Source of the DNA: Desulfuromonadales bacterium
GTDB lineage: Bacteria; Desulfobacterota; Desulfuromonadia; Desulfuromonadales; SZUA-540
Assembly: GCA_033549025.1 (NCBI GenBank)
Contig: JAWSUS010000032.1
Coordinates: 1 to 28,178, forward strand
DNA: 28,178 bases
Reading direction: 5' to 3'
Part shown: positions 8,282 to 18,584 of the stretch, piece after piece
Position numbering within the stretch: position 1 is the stretch's first letter
How the letters are laid out: every line of letters starts with the position of its first letter
Notes under the pieces: model-generated
The model's input: only the letters and a program-made list of their open reading frames with translations
Told to the model about the DNA's origin: nothing
The model's database searches: none
Position numbers and translations under genes: made by a program

Positions 8282-9148
8282 TCAGGCATTTTTCCCATAC
8301 AGTCTTCTGGCCAAGGCTTCGTTGAGGAAAAGAGCGCCGAGGATAAGAGCGCCGCCGAGAAGTAATCGTTGCAGGTCGACCGTCTCGTGAAAGAAGAGGG
8401 CGGAACAGGCGACGGCGAGGGGGACCTTGAGGTTGTTGAGGATGGCAAGGGCGCCGGCGTCCACCTGTTTGGCGCCGTAATTCCAGAGGAAGAAGCAGAT
8501 GCCTGAGGCCAGGATGCCCAGGTGCAGCAGGGTGAGAACGTGGGTGGCGGAAAGGGTCGGCAGGTTCCAGCCGGTGGAATAGCCGGCGGCCAGCAGGGTG
8601 ACCAGGGTGGCGCCCAGGTAGAGTAGACCGAAAATCTGGTGGTCTTTGAGCGCGGGATTCTTTCGCAACAGGCGGCGGTAATAGGTCTGGCCGAAGGCAA
8701 AGCAGATATTGGAGAACTGCAGAAGGAAGAAGCCCAGCCGCAGGTCGCTCTGATCCAGCTCTCGGTAGACGATGATCCCCGTGCCGACGATAGCCAGGCT
8801 GGCGGTCAGCAGAAAAAATCCGTGCAGGCGGCGGGTGAGAAGATCATGGATCAGCGTGACATACAGGGGGGTAAAGATGGTGAACAGGGCCACCTGGTAG
8901 GCATGGAGGTACTGAAAAGAGTAAATGTAGGCCAGATACATCAGGCCGTACTGAACGGCACCGATGGCCATGAGCTGCAGGGCGAGCGGGGTGCGCAGGC
9001 CGGTGCGGCGAAAAAAGGGGGCGAAGACCGCCAAGGAAAGCGCCATGCGGGCAAAGGATACGAAATTGGAGTCGAGTCCCGTCAGGTTTCCTTTGATGAG
9101 GCCGAAAGAAAAGGCCCAGATAAAGGAGACGAGCAAAAGATAGATCAT
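8282..9148 (-). CDS. EamA/DMT family transporter
   Basis: About 10 hydrophobic segments, with IWAFSFGLI and GICFFLWNYG motifs. Confidence 0.88.
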   Translation of the reverse strand: MIYLLLVSFIWAFSFGLIKGNLTGLDSNFVSFARMALSLAVFAPFFRRTGLRTPLALQLMAIGAVQYGLMYLAYIYSFQYLHAYQVALFTIFTPLYVTLIHDLLTRRLHGFFLLTASLAIVGTGIIVYRELDQSDLRLGFFLLQFSNICFAFGQTYYRRLLRKNPALKDHQIFGLLYLGATLVTLLAAGYSTGWNLPTLSATHVLTLLHLGILASGICFFLWNYGAKQVDAGALAILNNLKVPLAVACSALFFHETVDLQRLLLGGALILGALFLNEALARRLYGKNA

Positions 9149-9245
9149 GGGATGCCTGAATTCCGTTGTTGGGATGCAAGAGACGTCGTCTTATAGCATG
9201 GATGTGTCACGGATTCAATCGGGCTGGCTTGGCGCAAAGGCCGAT

Positions 9246-10061
9246 TCAGCGCAGATAAGCCGGCTGCAGATAGCGGGAATCCATCGAGGCGGCGGCCTGT
9301 AAAGCAACACGGATGGCGCCATCGACGGCGGCCTGTTTCTGCGACTCCACCACCGCTTCACTGCTGGTGCGGTCGGCAAGCACCCCGCAGATGCAGGCGG
9401 CAGCGAAGCCGTAGACCCCCGCCATCTTGAACAGGGTGCCTGCTTCCATCTCGTAGTTGAGAATGTTGAGATGACGGTATTCTTCCGTAACGCCCTGCAG
9501 GTGGCGCAGGAGATGCTTGTTGGCCGAGGAGGCGGTGCGCTCCTGCCCTTCATAAAAGGTATCGACGCTGGCGGTAACGCCGAGGTGCCAGGGGAGGGCC
9601 AGCTGCTCGGCGGCCTCCACCAGGGCCAGGGTGAGAAAGGGATTGGCGGCGGCCGGATACTCCACGGGAGCGATATCCTGGGCCGCGCCCTGCCGGCACA
9701 GAGCCGCCCGGGAGATGACCAGGCTACCGACCTTGACATCCTCCTGTATGGCGCCGCAGGTGCCGACGCGGATGATCTGACGGATGCCCAGATCGACCAG
9801 CTCATTCACCACAATGCTCAGTGACGGCGCCCCCATGCCGCTGGTCGCCGCGATCAGGCGCTTGCCGCCGTCCAGCGAGATGAGATAGCTGTTCAGTCCC
9901 CTGCGGGTCGAAAGTGCTCGTTCGCAGCGGACACCCGCCGCCTCCATGGCGATGGCACGTGTCCGTTCCGGGTCCCCGCAGAGCAGGGCCAGGGTCGGTG
10001 GTTCCTCGCCGAGGTGGCTGGGGCCGAAGCCGAGATGATATTTGATGTCGGTGGCGCTCAT
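9246..10061 (-). CDS. Nucleoside (uridine) phosphorylase family
   Basis: GDPER, SGMGAPS, IRVGTCG, FYEGQER and YEME motifs. Confidence 0.88.
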   Translation of the reverse strand: MSATDIKYHLGFGPSHLGEEPPTLALLCGDPERTRAIAMEAAGVRCERALSTRRGLNSYLISLDGGKRLIAATSGMGAPSLSIVVNELVDLGIRQIIRVGTCGAIQEDVKVGSLVISRAALCRQGAAQDIAPVEYPAAANPFLTLALVEAAEQLALPWHLGVTASVDTFYEGQERTASSANKHLLRHLQGVTEEYRHLNILNYEMEAGTLFKMAGVYGFAAACICGVLADRTSSEAVVESQKQAAVDGAIRVALQAAASMDSRYLQPAYLR

Positions 10062-10480
10062 GGCGTCTCTTCTCCCGGTAAGTCGTCAGCGGCGAAGGCG
10101 GCTGGCAGCAAGGAATTCAGGCTGGCCTCCAGATGCTGCTCCCCGTCGCAGCAACAGAAGACGGTGGCGTCACGGGCAAATTCGGCCAGCACCTGGCGGC
10201 AGGCGCCGCAGGGAGCCGTCGGACGGGGCGTGGGCGTGTAAATGGCGACGGCCAGGATGTCTCGCTCCCCCTGGCCGACGGCGCTGGCCACGGCGTTTCT
10301 TTCCGCGCACTGGGTCAGGCCAAGGGAGGCGTTTTCGACGTTGCAGCCGGTATAGATAGCGCCGCTACCGGTCAGCACCGCCGCCCCCACCGGAAAACGG
10401 CTGTAAGGGCTGTAGCTGTGCCGATGGGCCTGGCGGGCGGCCTCTTCCAGTCGTCTTTTTTGTTCGGCAGAAAGGTTCAT
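10058..10480 (-). CDS. cdd: Cytidine deaminase
   Basis: SPYSRFPVGAA, GCNVENAS, CAER and PCGACRQ motifs. Overlaps the start of the phosphorylase gene. Confidence 0.93.
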   Translation of the reverse strand: MNLSAEQKRRLEEAARQAHRHSYSPYSRFPVGAAVLTGSGAIYTGCNVENASLGLTQCAERNAVASAVGQGERDILAVAIYTPTPRPTAPCGACRQVLAEFARDATVFCCCDGEQHLEASLNSLLPAAFAADDLPGEETP

Positions 10481-10520
10481 GCCAAAGCTCTCCTTCAGGT
10501 CCGGCCCCTTGGGCCCCTCT

Positions 10521-10985
10521 TCAACGTTTGGCCAGATACTGCTGGTGGTATTCTTCGGCCCGGTAAAAGGTACCGGCTGGTTCGATAGCCGTGACGATCG
10601 GTTTATGACGAAAAATCCAGGATTCCTGCTGTGCCTGTCGCGATGCCTGAGCCTCTTCCTGCTGTGAGGGACTGTGATAGAAGATCACCGAGCGGTACTG
10701 GGAGCCGATGTCGGGGCCCTGGCGGTTCAGCGTGGTCGGATCGTGTATCTGCCAGAAGACCTCCAGCAGTTCCCGGTAAGAAATCACGGCGGGGTCAAAG
10801 AGGACTTCCACGACTTCGGCATGACCGGTCTGCCCGCTGCAGACCTCCTCGTAGGTCGGGTCAGTCGTGTGCCCGCCCATGTAGCCGACGGTCGTGGCGA
10901 GGACGCCTTTGACGCGGTTGAAAGCCGCTTCGATGCCCCAGAAGCAGCCGGCCCCAAATGTCGCCTTTTCAGCAGGCCGATTCAT
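10521..10985 (-). CDS. msrA: Peptide methionine sulfoxide reductase MsrA
   Basis: GCFWG, TGHAE, GSQYRS and AEEYHQQY motifs. Confidence 0.95.
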   Translation of the reverse strand: MNRPAEKATFGAGCFWGIEAAFNRVKGVLATTVGYMGGHTTDPTYEEVCSGQTGHAEVVEVLFDPAVISYRELLEVFWQIHDPTTLNRQGPDIGSQYRSVIFYHSPSQQEEAQASRQAQQESWIFRHKPIVTAIEPAGTFYRAEEYHQQYLAKR

Positions 10986-10986
10986 G

Positions 10987-11355
10987 TCATTCCTTTCCGG
11001 CGGCCAGCCCCGCCGCCTGACGGGCTGCCCGGCTCAGGGTCTGTACGACCCGATCGTAAGATTCGTCCACCATGGCCAGAATTTCCTCGTCCGGCATGGT
11101 GCCGTCCAAAATGAGCGTGTTCCAGTGGCGTTTGTTCATGTGATAGCCGGGGCGCACCGCCGAATAGAAGATCCTCTGCGCCTCGGCTTTGTCCGGGTCG
11201 CATTTGAGATTCAGCCAGAGTGGCGTTTCATGCAGGGCGATCAGGGCAAACATCTTGCCGCCGACTTTGCAGACCAGGGTCTCCGGACCGAAGGGGAAAT
11301 CCTCGACGGCTCCCTTTTTGTCCAGCAGGTAGTGGCGCAGCATCTCAAGGTTCAC
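10987..11355 (-). CDS. MmcQ/YjbR family protein
   Basis: [19 protein letters not shown] and [10 protein letters not shown] motifs. Confidence 0.9.
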   Translation of the reverse strand: MNLEMLRHYLLDKKGAVEDFPFGPETLVCKVGGKMFALIALHETPLWLNLKCDPDKAEAQRIFYSAVRPGYHMNKRHWNTLILDGTMPDEEILAMVDESYDRVVQTLSRAARQAAGLAAGKE

Positions 11356-11390
11356 GGTGCCATGGCTCCCGGTCTGCCGGTCGGATTTTT

Positions 11391-12476
11391 CTATTTGCGG
11401 CAGCAGAAATGCAGGTTGAAAGGATCGCGGGGGATCGCTTCCACCGCGATCTGTTTAAAGCCCGCCTGACGCAGCAGTTCGACGGCCAACTCCTGGCCCC
11501 ACATCATTCCCAGACCGGCGCCACCGTCATTGAGGCCGACGGGCAGGCAGTGCATGAGACTGACGGTATAGAGGAAAGGGCCCAAAGGATGAGAGCGGTT
11601 ATCCTGATGGTCCGTATGGGCGGCGATGTCGATCATGCTGAAAAGTCCGTCAGGCGCCAGCATGTGATAGACGCTTTGCAGGGCCTGCAGAGGGGCGCTC
11701 TGATCGTGGATGGCGTCGAAGGCCAGGATGTAGTCGAAGGTCTGGGCTCGGTCAGAATCCTGGTGCAGGGTAGCCGCATCGAGACAGAGGAATTCGGTAT
11801 TATCGAGCCCGAGCCTTTTGGCTTCCGCCTGCCCGGCGGCCACCGCCTGGGCGTCGATATCGATGGCGGTAAAGCGGCTGCGGGGGTAGGCCTGCGCCAT
11901 CAGCAGCAGGGCCGTTCCTTCGCCGCAGCCGAAATCGCAGACCCGGAGGCCTTGTTGCAGACGTTCGAGCAGCCGCCCTTCGTCCACGGAAGGCAGAAAG
12001 GTTTCCAACAGGACCTGGCGATGCTTGGCGTTGGCCAGTTCGGTCATGAATGCCTGAAAACGGGGGTAGTGACGATAGGGAATGCCGGTCCCCTGGGGGA
12101 AGGCTTCGATGACCTGCTCCAGGGCGCAGAGGGTGAGCAGGGGAATTTCCTGGGTGTAGACGGCCAGGTTGGTATTGCCGCCATCCCGGGTGAGAAAGGC
12201 GGCATGTTCGGGAGGAAGGCGATAGCCGTTGCCGGCCTGCAGGCGCTCCAGTTCCACGATATCGGCCGTGACCATGATCCCCAGCCATTCCCGCACGTAG
12301 CGCGGATGCAGTCCGGCCTGTTCGGCGATCACTTCTATCGGCTGGGACGTGGTGAAAGTCGCCATGGCTTCAAAGAGACCGGTGCGGTAGCCGATGGCCA
12401 TGGCCAGGTTCAGGGCGCCGCCGTTGAGGATATCGCTCATCCGGAGGCCAAAGGCTTCCTGCTTCGCTTGATCCAC
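11391..12476 (-). CDS. Class I SAM methyltransferase with N-terminal winged helix (Rv2258c-like)
   Basis: RYVREWL, DFGCGEG, FDAIHD and SLMHCLPVGL...GLGMMWG motifs. Confidence 0.85.
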   Translation of the reverse strand: MDQAKQEAFGLRMSDILNGGALNLAMAIGYRTGLFEAMATFTTSQPIEVIAEQAGLHPRYVREWLGIMVTADIVELERLQAGNGYRLPPEHAAFLTRDGGNTNLAVYTQEIPLLTLCALEQVIEAFPQGTGIPYRHYPRFQAFMTELANAKHRQVLLETFLPSVDEGRLLERLQQGLRVCDFGCGEGTALLLMAQAYPRSRFTAIDIDAQAVAAGQAEAKRLGLDNTEFLCLDAATLHQDSDRAQTFDYILAFDAIHDQSAPLQALQSVYHMLAPDGLFSMIDIAAHTDHQDNRSHPLGPFLYTVSLMHCLPVGLNDGGAGLGMMWGQELAVELLRQAGFKQIAVEAIPRDPFNLHFCCRK

Positions 12477-12488
12477 GATAAAGCCCCC

Positions 12489-12827
12489 TCAGCGTTTGTG
12501 GTCCTGCCCCTGCAAATAGTCCCCGAGAAGCGAGCGGCTGTGCTCGTCGTCGTGACAGTAGACGCAGAGATTTTCCCAATTGCTGCCGTCAGCAGGATTG
12601 TTCTGGTGGTTGCCGTCCTTGTGATGCACCGTTAGCAGATGCAGGGTTGCCAGGTCGAACTCGCGGCCGCATTTGGCGCAGATCCAGCCGTGCTGTTTCA
12701 GGGAACGTTCACGGTAGTTGCTCGCCTCGGCCTGTTCTGCCTTGAGGCGGCGCACCATCTCGTCAATTTCGGCCTGGGTTTTGACCGGGGCGGGTTTTTT
12801 GCCGTGGGGGCGAAACGAACGGGCCAT
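12489..12827 (-). CDS. yajD: YajD family HNH nuclease
   Basis: YRERSLK..WICAKCGREF...LTVHHKDGNHQNNP.DGSNWENLCVYCHDDEH. Confidence 0.85.
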   Translation of the reverse strand: MARSFRPHGKKPAPVKTQAEIDEMVRRLKAEQAEASNYRERSLKQHGWICAKCGREFDLATLHLLTVHHKDGNHQNNPADGSNWENLCVYCHDDEHSRSLLGDYLQGQDHKR

Positions 12828-12890
12828 GCAGACTCCTATGGGGCGGGTCATTCCCCGCCTGCCGGTGACGACAGGCGGGGCAGCCGCTGG

Positions 12891-13346
12891 TCAGGCCTTG
12901 GCCAGTTCCGACGTGCAGTTGGGGCAGCGGCTGGCCTTGATGGGGATGCTGCTCATACAGAATGGGCATTCTTTGGTGGTCGGTTCCGCCGGTGGGGCTT
13001 CTTCTTCGCGGCGCATGCGGTTGATGCCGCGGATCAGCAGGAAGATGGCGAAGGCGACGATGATGAAACTGATGACGGTGTTGATAAAGACGCCGTAGTT
13101 GATTGTCACGGCACCGGCGGCCTGCGCTTCCGCCAGGGCCGCATAAGGTCCGGCGGTGGTTCCCTGTTTCAGCACGACGAAAAAGTTGGAGAAATCGACG
13201 CCCCCCAATAGCAGGCCGAGGGGCGGCATGAGAACGTCGGCGACCAGGCTCTTGACGATGGTGCCGAATGCCCCGCCGATGATGATGCCGACCGCCATGT
13301 CCACGACATTGCCCCGCATGGCAAACTCCTTGAACTCTTTGAACAT
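12891..13346 (-). CDS. mscL: Large-conductance mechanosensitive channel with C-terminal Zn-ribbon
   Basis: [20 protein letters not shown] start, with C-terminal CPFC..CPNC. Confidence 0.95.
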   Translation of the reverse strand: MFKEFKEFAMRGNVVDMAVGIIIGGAFGTIVKSLVADVLMPPLGLLLGGVDFSNFFVVLKQGTTAGPYAALAEAQAAGAVTINYGVFINTVISFIIVAFAIFLLIRGINRMRREEEAPPAEPTTKECPFCMSSIPIKASRCPNCTSELAKA

Positions 13347-13472
13347 TGTTCCCTCCTTCAGGATGGTTGAGGAGACGGTTCGGCAGTCATGTGTCCGGCT
13401 AGTCCGAGGCACCGTGGCTGCGGCCGCTCGAATGAATCGAGAAGATACCGCGCTGGCCCGTCTGCTAGCCTG

Positions 13473-13742
13473 TTATGGCGAGAGGACGGAACCTAAAGAA
13501 AGAATGCCAAAAATTATCAGAAAGCCAAGGGTCAAAATGTAGCCGTAATAGGCGGCACCCACCCGGCCCAGGCGTTCCCGGCTCAGGTTTTTGTAGGTCT
13601 TGAGGTGTTTGAGGATCTGCGTACGCAGATCGAAGTAGCTGATGGCGATGTCCGCGCGGGTGAGTTCTCGCAGAATAACGACGGTGCAGCCGAAATTGGC
13701 CAGGGCGGCGGCGAGAAAAAGAGCGAAGTAGAGGCGGGTCAA
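13473..13742 (-). CDS. Small hypothetical membrane protein
   Basis: 89 aa, two hydrophobic helices, co-oriented with neighbours. Confidence 0.65.
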   Translation of the reverse strand: MTRLYFALFLAAALANFGCTVVILRELTRADIAISYFDLRTQILKHLKTYKNLSRERLGRVGAAYYGYILTLGFLIIFGILSLGSVLSP

Positions 13743-13796
13743 GGGTCACTCCGGAAGAAAAGCCGTTAAGGCTGGTTTACAGATCAGGTCGACAGG

Positions 13797-14114
13797 TCAG
13801 GGTTTTTCCCGCCCGCAGTTCCAGCATTGGCCGAAATGTCCCTCCAGCACCTCGCCGCAGTCCGGGCAGGTCCAGGCTTCAGCCAAGGTTTCTTCGGTGG
13901 CGGCGACGCTGGCCAGCAAAGCCGCGGCCCGTTCCATCTGGTCGTCCTCGAAAATCCATAATTCGGGGAAACATTCGACAAAAGGGACCTCCCCCATGGC
14001 GGTGAAGAGCCGCTCGTTTTTGATGAAGCAGGCGATGCCGTTGGCTTCGAGCAGGCCTTTCATCATGCCTGCCTGGGGGCCTTCGGCAAAGCTGAAGGTT
14101 CTGAGTCTTTGCAT
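13797..14114 (-). CDS. DUF2007-like protein with C-terminal zinc finger
   Basis: C-terminal part of ORF 13797..14510, starting at MQRLRTF. It contains KGLLEANGI..GEVPF and WTCPDCGE..CWNCG. Confidence 0.8.
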   Translation of the reverse strand: MQRLRTFSFAEGPQAGMMKGLLEANGIACFIKNERLFTAMGEVPFVECFPELWIFEDDQMERAAALLASVAATEETLAEAWTCPDCGEVLEGHFGQCWNCGREKP

Positions 14115-14137
14115 GGGCGATATCCTTTGGGAGCGGA

Positions 14138-14503
14138 TCAGCCGCCGGAGCGTTTGACCGTCCAGCCGCGATCTTTCAGTTCCGCCAGCAGCAGGTCGAG
14201 GTGATCCCCCTGAATCTCGATGACGCCGTCCTTGACGGTGCCGCCGGTGGCGCATTTTTTTTTCAGTTGCTGGCCGAGTTCCTTGAGCTCGGCAGGGGCG
14301 AGGGGGACCCCGGTAATCACCGTCATGGCCTTGCCGCCGCGCCCCTTGGTTTCGCGGCGCAGGCGCACCACACCGTCGGTCGGGGGAGCGGCCTGGGCCT
14401 GGCGGCAGCGGCAGCGGTCGGCGGGCTGGCCGCAGGTGGGACACATGCGGCCGAACTCGCTGGAATAGACAAGACCGCCGGTTCTCTCTTTTGCCCTGGA
14501 CAT
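14138..14503 (-). CDS. yciH: SUI1/YciH translation initiation factor homologue
   Basis: LVYSS, ETKGRGGK, LKKKCATGGTVKDG and EIQGDH motifs. Confidence 0.9.
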   Translation of the reverse strand: MSRAKERTGGLVYSSEFGRMCPTCGQPADRCRCRQAQAAPPTDGVVRLRRETKGRGGKAMTVITGVPLAPAELKELGQQLKKKCATGGTVKDGVIEIQGDHLDLLLAELKDRGWTVKRSGG

Positions 14504-14506
14504 GTT

Positions 14507-14815
14507 TCACTCTCCTGATTGCGGATTCAGCCCCAGTCGTTCCAGTAGTTGCTTTGGGTCCGGGGCGGCGGTCACGAGCCTTTCCTTCTCCGCCTTGGCG
14601 AGCTTCTTGATCTTCGCCTCCACCCGCAGAGCCAGGCTTCTGGGACCGACCTCGCAGTGATAGACCAACTCCAGTGTCTGGCAGGCCCGCGTGAAGCGGG
14701 CGGCTTTGCCTCGCTTGTTCCGGTGCTGCTGCAAGCGCCTGTGTACATCGCTGCTGGCCCCGGTGTACAGGGCGTTGCGTTCATTGCGCAGCAGGTAGAC
14801 CGACCAGGCGGGCAT
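14507..14815 (-). CDS. GIY-YIG nuclease (YhbQ/UPF0213 type)
   Basis: VYLL..LYTG..RRLQQH..ARFTR..EAKIKKL. Confidence 0.88.
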   Translation of the reverse strand: MPAWSVYLLRNERNALYTGASSDVHRRLQQHRNKRGKAARFTRACQTLELVYHCEVGPRSLALRVEAKIKKLAKAEKERLVTAAPDPKQLLERLGLNPQSGE

Positions 14816-14818
14816 GGG

Positions 14819-15232
14819 CTAGTCCGTCACCTTGCCGCGCAGCGATTTGATCTGGCCGCGTTTGGTTTTGGTGTCCAGACGCTTCGTTTTCGAACTCTTG
14901 GTCGGCCGGGTGGCCTTGCGGTTTTTGGGGACGACCCCGGCGCTGCGGATGAGAGCCGCCAATCGGGCCAAGGCGTCTTCGCGGTTCATTTCCTGGCTGC
15001 GGTGCTGCTGTGCTTTGAGGACGATGACCCCCTCCTTGGTGATGCGGCTGTCCGACAGGGCCAGCAGTCTCTCCTTGTAAAAGTCAGGGAGGGAGGATTT
15101 GCGGATGTCGAAAAAGAGGGTAATGGCCGTCGACACCTTGTTGACGTTCTGGCCCCCGGCCCCCTGGGCGCGGACGGCTTTGAACTCGACTTCCTGCTCG
15201 GATAAAAAGACCTGGCTGGATATGCGGATCAT
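14819..15232 (-). CDS. arfB: Alternative ribosome rescue peptidyl-tRNA hydrolase ArfB
   Basis: GAGGQNVNKVS, RSQEMNR and a basic C-terminal tail. Confidence 0.93.
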   Translation of the reverse strand: MIRISSQVFLSEQEVEFKAVRAQGAGGQNVNKVSTAITLFFDIRKSSLPDFYKERLLALSDSRITKEGVIVLKAQQHRSQEMNREDALARLAALIRSAGVVPKNRKATRPTKSSKTKRLDTKTKRGQIKSLRGKVTD

Positions 15233-15579
15233 GACGGCGCTACTTCTTCATCGTCCGCCTCTTTTTCAGGGGGAGAATCCTGGGTGACATGCAGCTGGCA
15301 GTGGACGCAGCGGCGCAGATACACGGGGATGAAGCCGTTCATGTGAAAGGTGTTGCCGCAGCGGGGGCACAGGGCAAAAGCGGCCCGGACGACAGCCACG
15401 CACACCAGCAGCAACCACAGGGCAAAGACGACGCCGGTGGCGCGATCGGAACCGGTGATCCGGAGGGAAAGCCAGATGGCTGGCACGTAGATTAAAATAA
15501 TCCCCCAGAGAAACCAGCGGCGATGGCGCAGGCGCTTCATGGCCTGGGCGTAGGAATAGTCGGTTTTCGGTTCGCTCAT
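15229..15579 (-). CDS. Hypothetical membrane protein with CxxC..CxxC motif
   Basis: Two TM segments, then CPRC and CVHC. Stop overlaps the arfB start. The start could be 15618. Confidence 0.7.
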   Translation of the reverse strand: MSEPKTDYSYAQAMKRLRHRRWFLWGIILIYVPAIWLSLRITGSDRATGVVFALWLLLVCVAVVRAAFALCPRCGNTFHMNGFIPVYLRRCVHCQLHVTQDSPPEKEADDEEVAPS

Positions 15580-15761
15580 GGTCTTGGCTCCGGATGGTTC
15601 ATTTTTAGAAAATACCATAGCCCTGAAGGCATGCCCAGCGCTTATTGGTCTCCGCGTTTCGCCCGGCAGTAAAGGGTGCCGCCGGGGCAGACGATTTGAC
15701 TTCGCCTCGCGAGATGTTTAGATGAACGGCAAGGGATGCTTTGACAAAAAGGAGGAAAAGA

Positions 15762-16448
15762 ATGAAAAAGTTGCGTTTGGTGGGGATGCTGGTGGCCCTG
15801 TGTTTGGGTGTGTGTTCGGTTCCTGTGGCGCAAGCGGAGGACGAACAGACCCGGAAGGTCGAACAGGCGGCCGAGATCATGCGGCAGATCATGGCCATAC
15901 CCGAGCAGGCCATACCGCCCCAACTGCTCGAAAACAGTTATGGTCTCGCCATCATTCCGTCGGTCATCAAGGTGGGGTTCGTCTTTGGCGGACGCTACGG
16001 CAAGGGGGTGGTCCTGGTTCGGCAGGAAGATGGCGCCTGGAGTAATCCCTGCTTTATCTCCCTGGCCGGCGGCAGTTTTGGCTGGCAGATCGGCGCCCAG
16101 TCGACGGACGTCATCCTGGTGTTCAAAAGCCGCCGTAGCGTCGATGGCATGCTCAAAAGTAAATTTACCCTGGGCGGGGACGCATCCGTCGCGGCAGGGC
16201 CGGTGGGCCGGCACGTAGAGGGCGCCACCGATGTCGAACTCAAGGCGGAAATCTATTCCTATTCACGCAGCCGCGGACTCTTCGCCGGTGTCTCCCTCGA
16301 AGGCTCGGCCATTACGATCGACGGCGAGTCGAATGCGGCTTTTTACGGCCAGACCCCGATTCTACCCCGCGACATTCTGGAGAAGCGCATCAAAGCACCC
16401 GCGGCGGCTACCCAGTTGCGGGAGATTGTGGCCCGCTATGCCCATTGA
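15762..16448 (+). CDS. Ysc84/SYLF lipid-binding domain protein (exported)
   Basis: Signal peptide plus GGRYGKG, GGSFGWQIG, SVAAGPVGR and YSRSRGLFAGVSLEG motifs. Confidence 0.9.
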   Translation: MKKLRLVGMLVALCLGVCSVPVAQAEDEQTRKVEQAAEIMRQIMAIPEQAIPPQLLENSYGLAIIPSVIKVGFVFGGRYGKGVVLVRQEDGAWSNPCFISLAGGSFGWQIGAQSTDVILVFKSRRSVDGMLKSKFTLGGDASVAAGPVGRHVEGATDVELKAEIYSYSRSRGLFAGVSLEGSAITIDGESNAAFYGQTPILPRDILEKRIKAPAAATQLREIVARYAH

Positions 16449-16467
16449 TGGATAGGGGCGGCAGAGG

Positions 16468-16503
16468 CAAAAAGTCCGGGAGCAGATGCTTCCGGACTTT
16501 TTG
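16468..16503. terminator. Bidirectional terminator
   Basis: CAAAAAGTCCGGGAGC-AGAT-GCTTCCGGACTTTTTG between convergent genes. Confidence 0.85.
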
Positions 16504-16514
16504 AACTCTGAAGG

Positions 16515-18314
16515 TCAGTCCTGCAGGAGGACGGCCGGGTCGAGGCCGACGCGCATGCCGCCCCAGTGCTTGCCGTCGATATAAATCGGCAGGGACAGGT
16601 CGCTGATGACCTGGCCGGTGTCACGCGAATAGGTCTGCAGCAGGAAGGGCATCTCGTTGCGGGCGCAGCGAATACCCGTATTGTCATTGAACAGGCGTTT
16701 GTCCCGGCTGTTGACCAGGTCCCGCTCATAGTCGCCGGTCAGGGGGCGCGAGTAGTTGCTGGTGTGGGTCGGCGCATAGCCGTTGGTGTCGACGCACAGG
16801 GCGTAAATACTACCGCCCAGCCCCCGAGTGAGTTCGTCGTAAAGGGGCTGCAGTCTTTTTTCGAAGACGGAGTCGTAGTTGGTTTTGTACTTCGGCGGGT
16901 TGGTGCCGGCGATGGGCACGTAATTGCGATCGAAAACGTTGCGCCCCTCGCGCTGGATGGCGCTGATCAGCTCCTGCATGCGGTCGCGGAAGCGACGAGT
17001 CTCCAGCAGGGTGCGTTCAAAGTTGCCCTGTCCCACCTTAAAGCGCGACACCCGCTCCTGCATGAGTTCCGTGGCCTGGGACAGCCCGGTGGCGGCGCTC
17101 TCCGACTCTTTCATGCTGCCGGTCACCTGCTGACTGAGATCGTTGATGTCCGTTACATTCTGATGGATGAGGCCGTTGGTGGCGCTGAGCTGTTCGACGG
17201 AAGCGCTGATGCGCTGCAGCTGGCTGTTGACCTGTTCGAAGTCGTTGACCATGGTCTGGTACTGCTGACAGGAACGCTCCACGGCCTGCCGGGTGCGGTG
17301 CATGGATTGGCTGATTTCCTGGGTCTCTCCCTGGGTCGTCTCCACGCTGGTCAGCATGTCGTTGATGTTATCCGAAATGCGGTCGGTGGCGACCCGCACG
17401 CGCGAAGCCAGATCCTTGACCTCTTCGGCGACCACGGCAAAGCCTTTGCCAGCCTGCCCGGCCCGGGCGGCCTCGACGGCGGCGTTAAGGGCGAGCAGGC
17501 CTGTTTGTCGCGAAATCGTCTGGATCAGCTGGACGATTTCCCGGATGCCGCGGGATTTTTCGCTCAGTTCACCCACGGTATGATTGAACCCGGCCAGCTT
17601 CTGGTCGATGGTGCCGATGTCGGCGCTGACTTCCACCAGCTCCTTGTAGGACGTCCGGGCGTTTTCCACATGGCCCGAGGTGGAGGCCGAAATCATGGTG
17701 GTGCTCTCGGTAATGTCGGTGATGGCGATGGTCGCCTGGTTGCTGCTGGTGAAGATGGCGCTGGCCAGTTCTCCCTGCTTTTCGGTGCTGGCGGCAGAGG
17801 TCTGCACCTTTTTGCCCAGCGAGGCCGATGCCACGGCGATGTTCACTCCCGATTTGCGCACCGAATCGACGATTTCCCGCAGCTTGGCCATAAACAGGTT
17901 GTAATTGATGGACAGGTCGCGCAGTTCGTCGTGGGTCACCAGGGGGATGTCGCGGGAAAGGTCACCCTCGCCGCTGCCGATTTCATGGAAGATGGCGCTG
18001 ATCTGACGGATGGGGCGCACCAGCATGAAGCGCAAAAAGAAGATGATGCCCAGGCCGACGGCGAAGGATACGACCAGAATCAGGATGCCGGTGCGGGTGG
18101 TTGCTTGCGCAATCTCGGTGACGGCCCCGATGGTTTCGGCGCTGGCCCCCTGCGTGGTGAGAACTTGCAGGACATTCTGCTGACTGGTGTGGCCCGCCAG
18201 AAAAATCAGCAGCGGCGCCACGAAAAGAATGAGCAGGTTGCCCACCAGCTTTTTGGTCAGCGTGTTGAAAAGGGCCTTTTCCAGGCCGACGTAGATGCTC
18301 TTGAAAACGTCCAT
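16515..18314 (-). CDS. Methyl-accepting chemotaxis protein with an extra C-terminal domain
   Basis: Two TM segments, HAMP (GEGDLS..DEL), signalling hairpin [23 protein letters not shown], and about 170 aa of C-terminal extension. Confidence 0.93.
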   Translation of the reverse strand: MDVFKSIYVGLEKALFNTLTKKLVGNLLILFVAPLLIFLAGHTSQQNVLQVLTTQGASAETIGAVTEIAQATTRTGILILVVSFAVGLGIIFFLRFMLVRPIRQISAIFHEIGSGEGDLSRDIPLVTHDELRDLSINYNLFMAKLREIVDSVRKSGVNIAVASASLGKKVQTSAASTEKQGELASAIFTSSNQATIAITDITESTTMISASTSGHVENARTSYKELVEVSADIGTIDQKLAGFNHTVGELSEKSRGIREIVQLIQTISRQTGLLALNAAVEAARAGQAGKGFAVVAEEVKDLASRVRVATDRISDNINDMLTSVETTQGETQEISQSMHRTRQAVERSCQQYQTMVNDFEQVNSQLQRISASVEQLSATNGLIHQNVTDINDLSQQVTGSMKESESAATGLSQATELMQERVSRFKVGQGNFERTLLETRRFRDRMQELISAIQREGRNVFDRNYVPIAGTNPPKYKTNYDSVFEKRLQPLYDELTRGLGGSIYALCVDTNGYAPTHTSNYSRPLTGDYERDLVNSRDKRLFNDNTGIRCARNEMPFLLQTYSRDTGQVISDLSLPIYIDGKHWGGMRVGLDPAVLLQD

Positions 18315-18359
18315 GGTATCCTCGTTTTCCTGTGGGTTTTATTGGGGGCTATTTCCCGC

Positions 18360-18377
18360 AATAAAACATGTTTTATT
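18360..18377. promoter_or_regulatory. Perfect 18-bp palindrome upstream of the MCP gene (candidate operator)
   Basis: AATAAAACA|TGTTTTATT, about 45 bp upstream of the MCP start. Confidence 0.45.
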
Positions 18378-18584
18378 TTTTAAAGACATCGTTAAACAAT
18401 AAACGAATGTTCATTTTTGTTTTTTAAAACAGATATTTGATTGGCGGGGTCTTTGGATTGTTCATTTGGATGGAAATGTTTCTTAGGTCTACTATCTATA
18501 TTATAAAACCCAGTTTGTCATTAAAAAAATGACGAACGGCGCACTTTGTCTGAAAAATAAGGAGGCAGGGCCGAGGGGATTTGG

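Noticed and set aside
13797..14510. 237-aa ORF as a single fused protein
   Set aside because: Its first ~130 codons overlap yciH in another frame. Only the part from ATG 14114 looks like a real protein.
12489..14815. YajD HNH plus GIY-YIG as a defence or homing system
   Set aside because: Both are common small chromosomal families at host GC, with no mobile or defence context.
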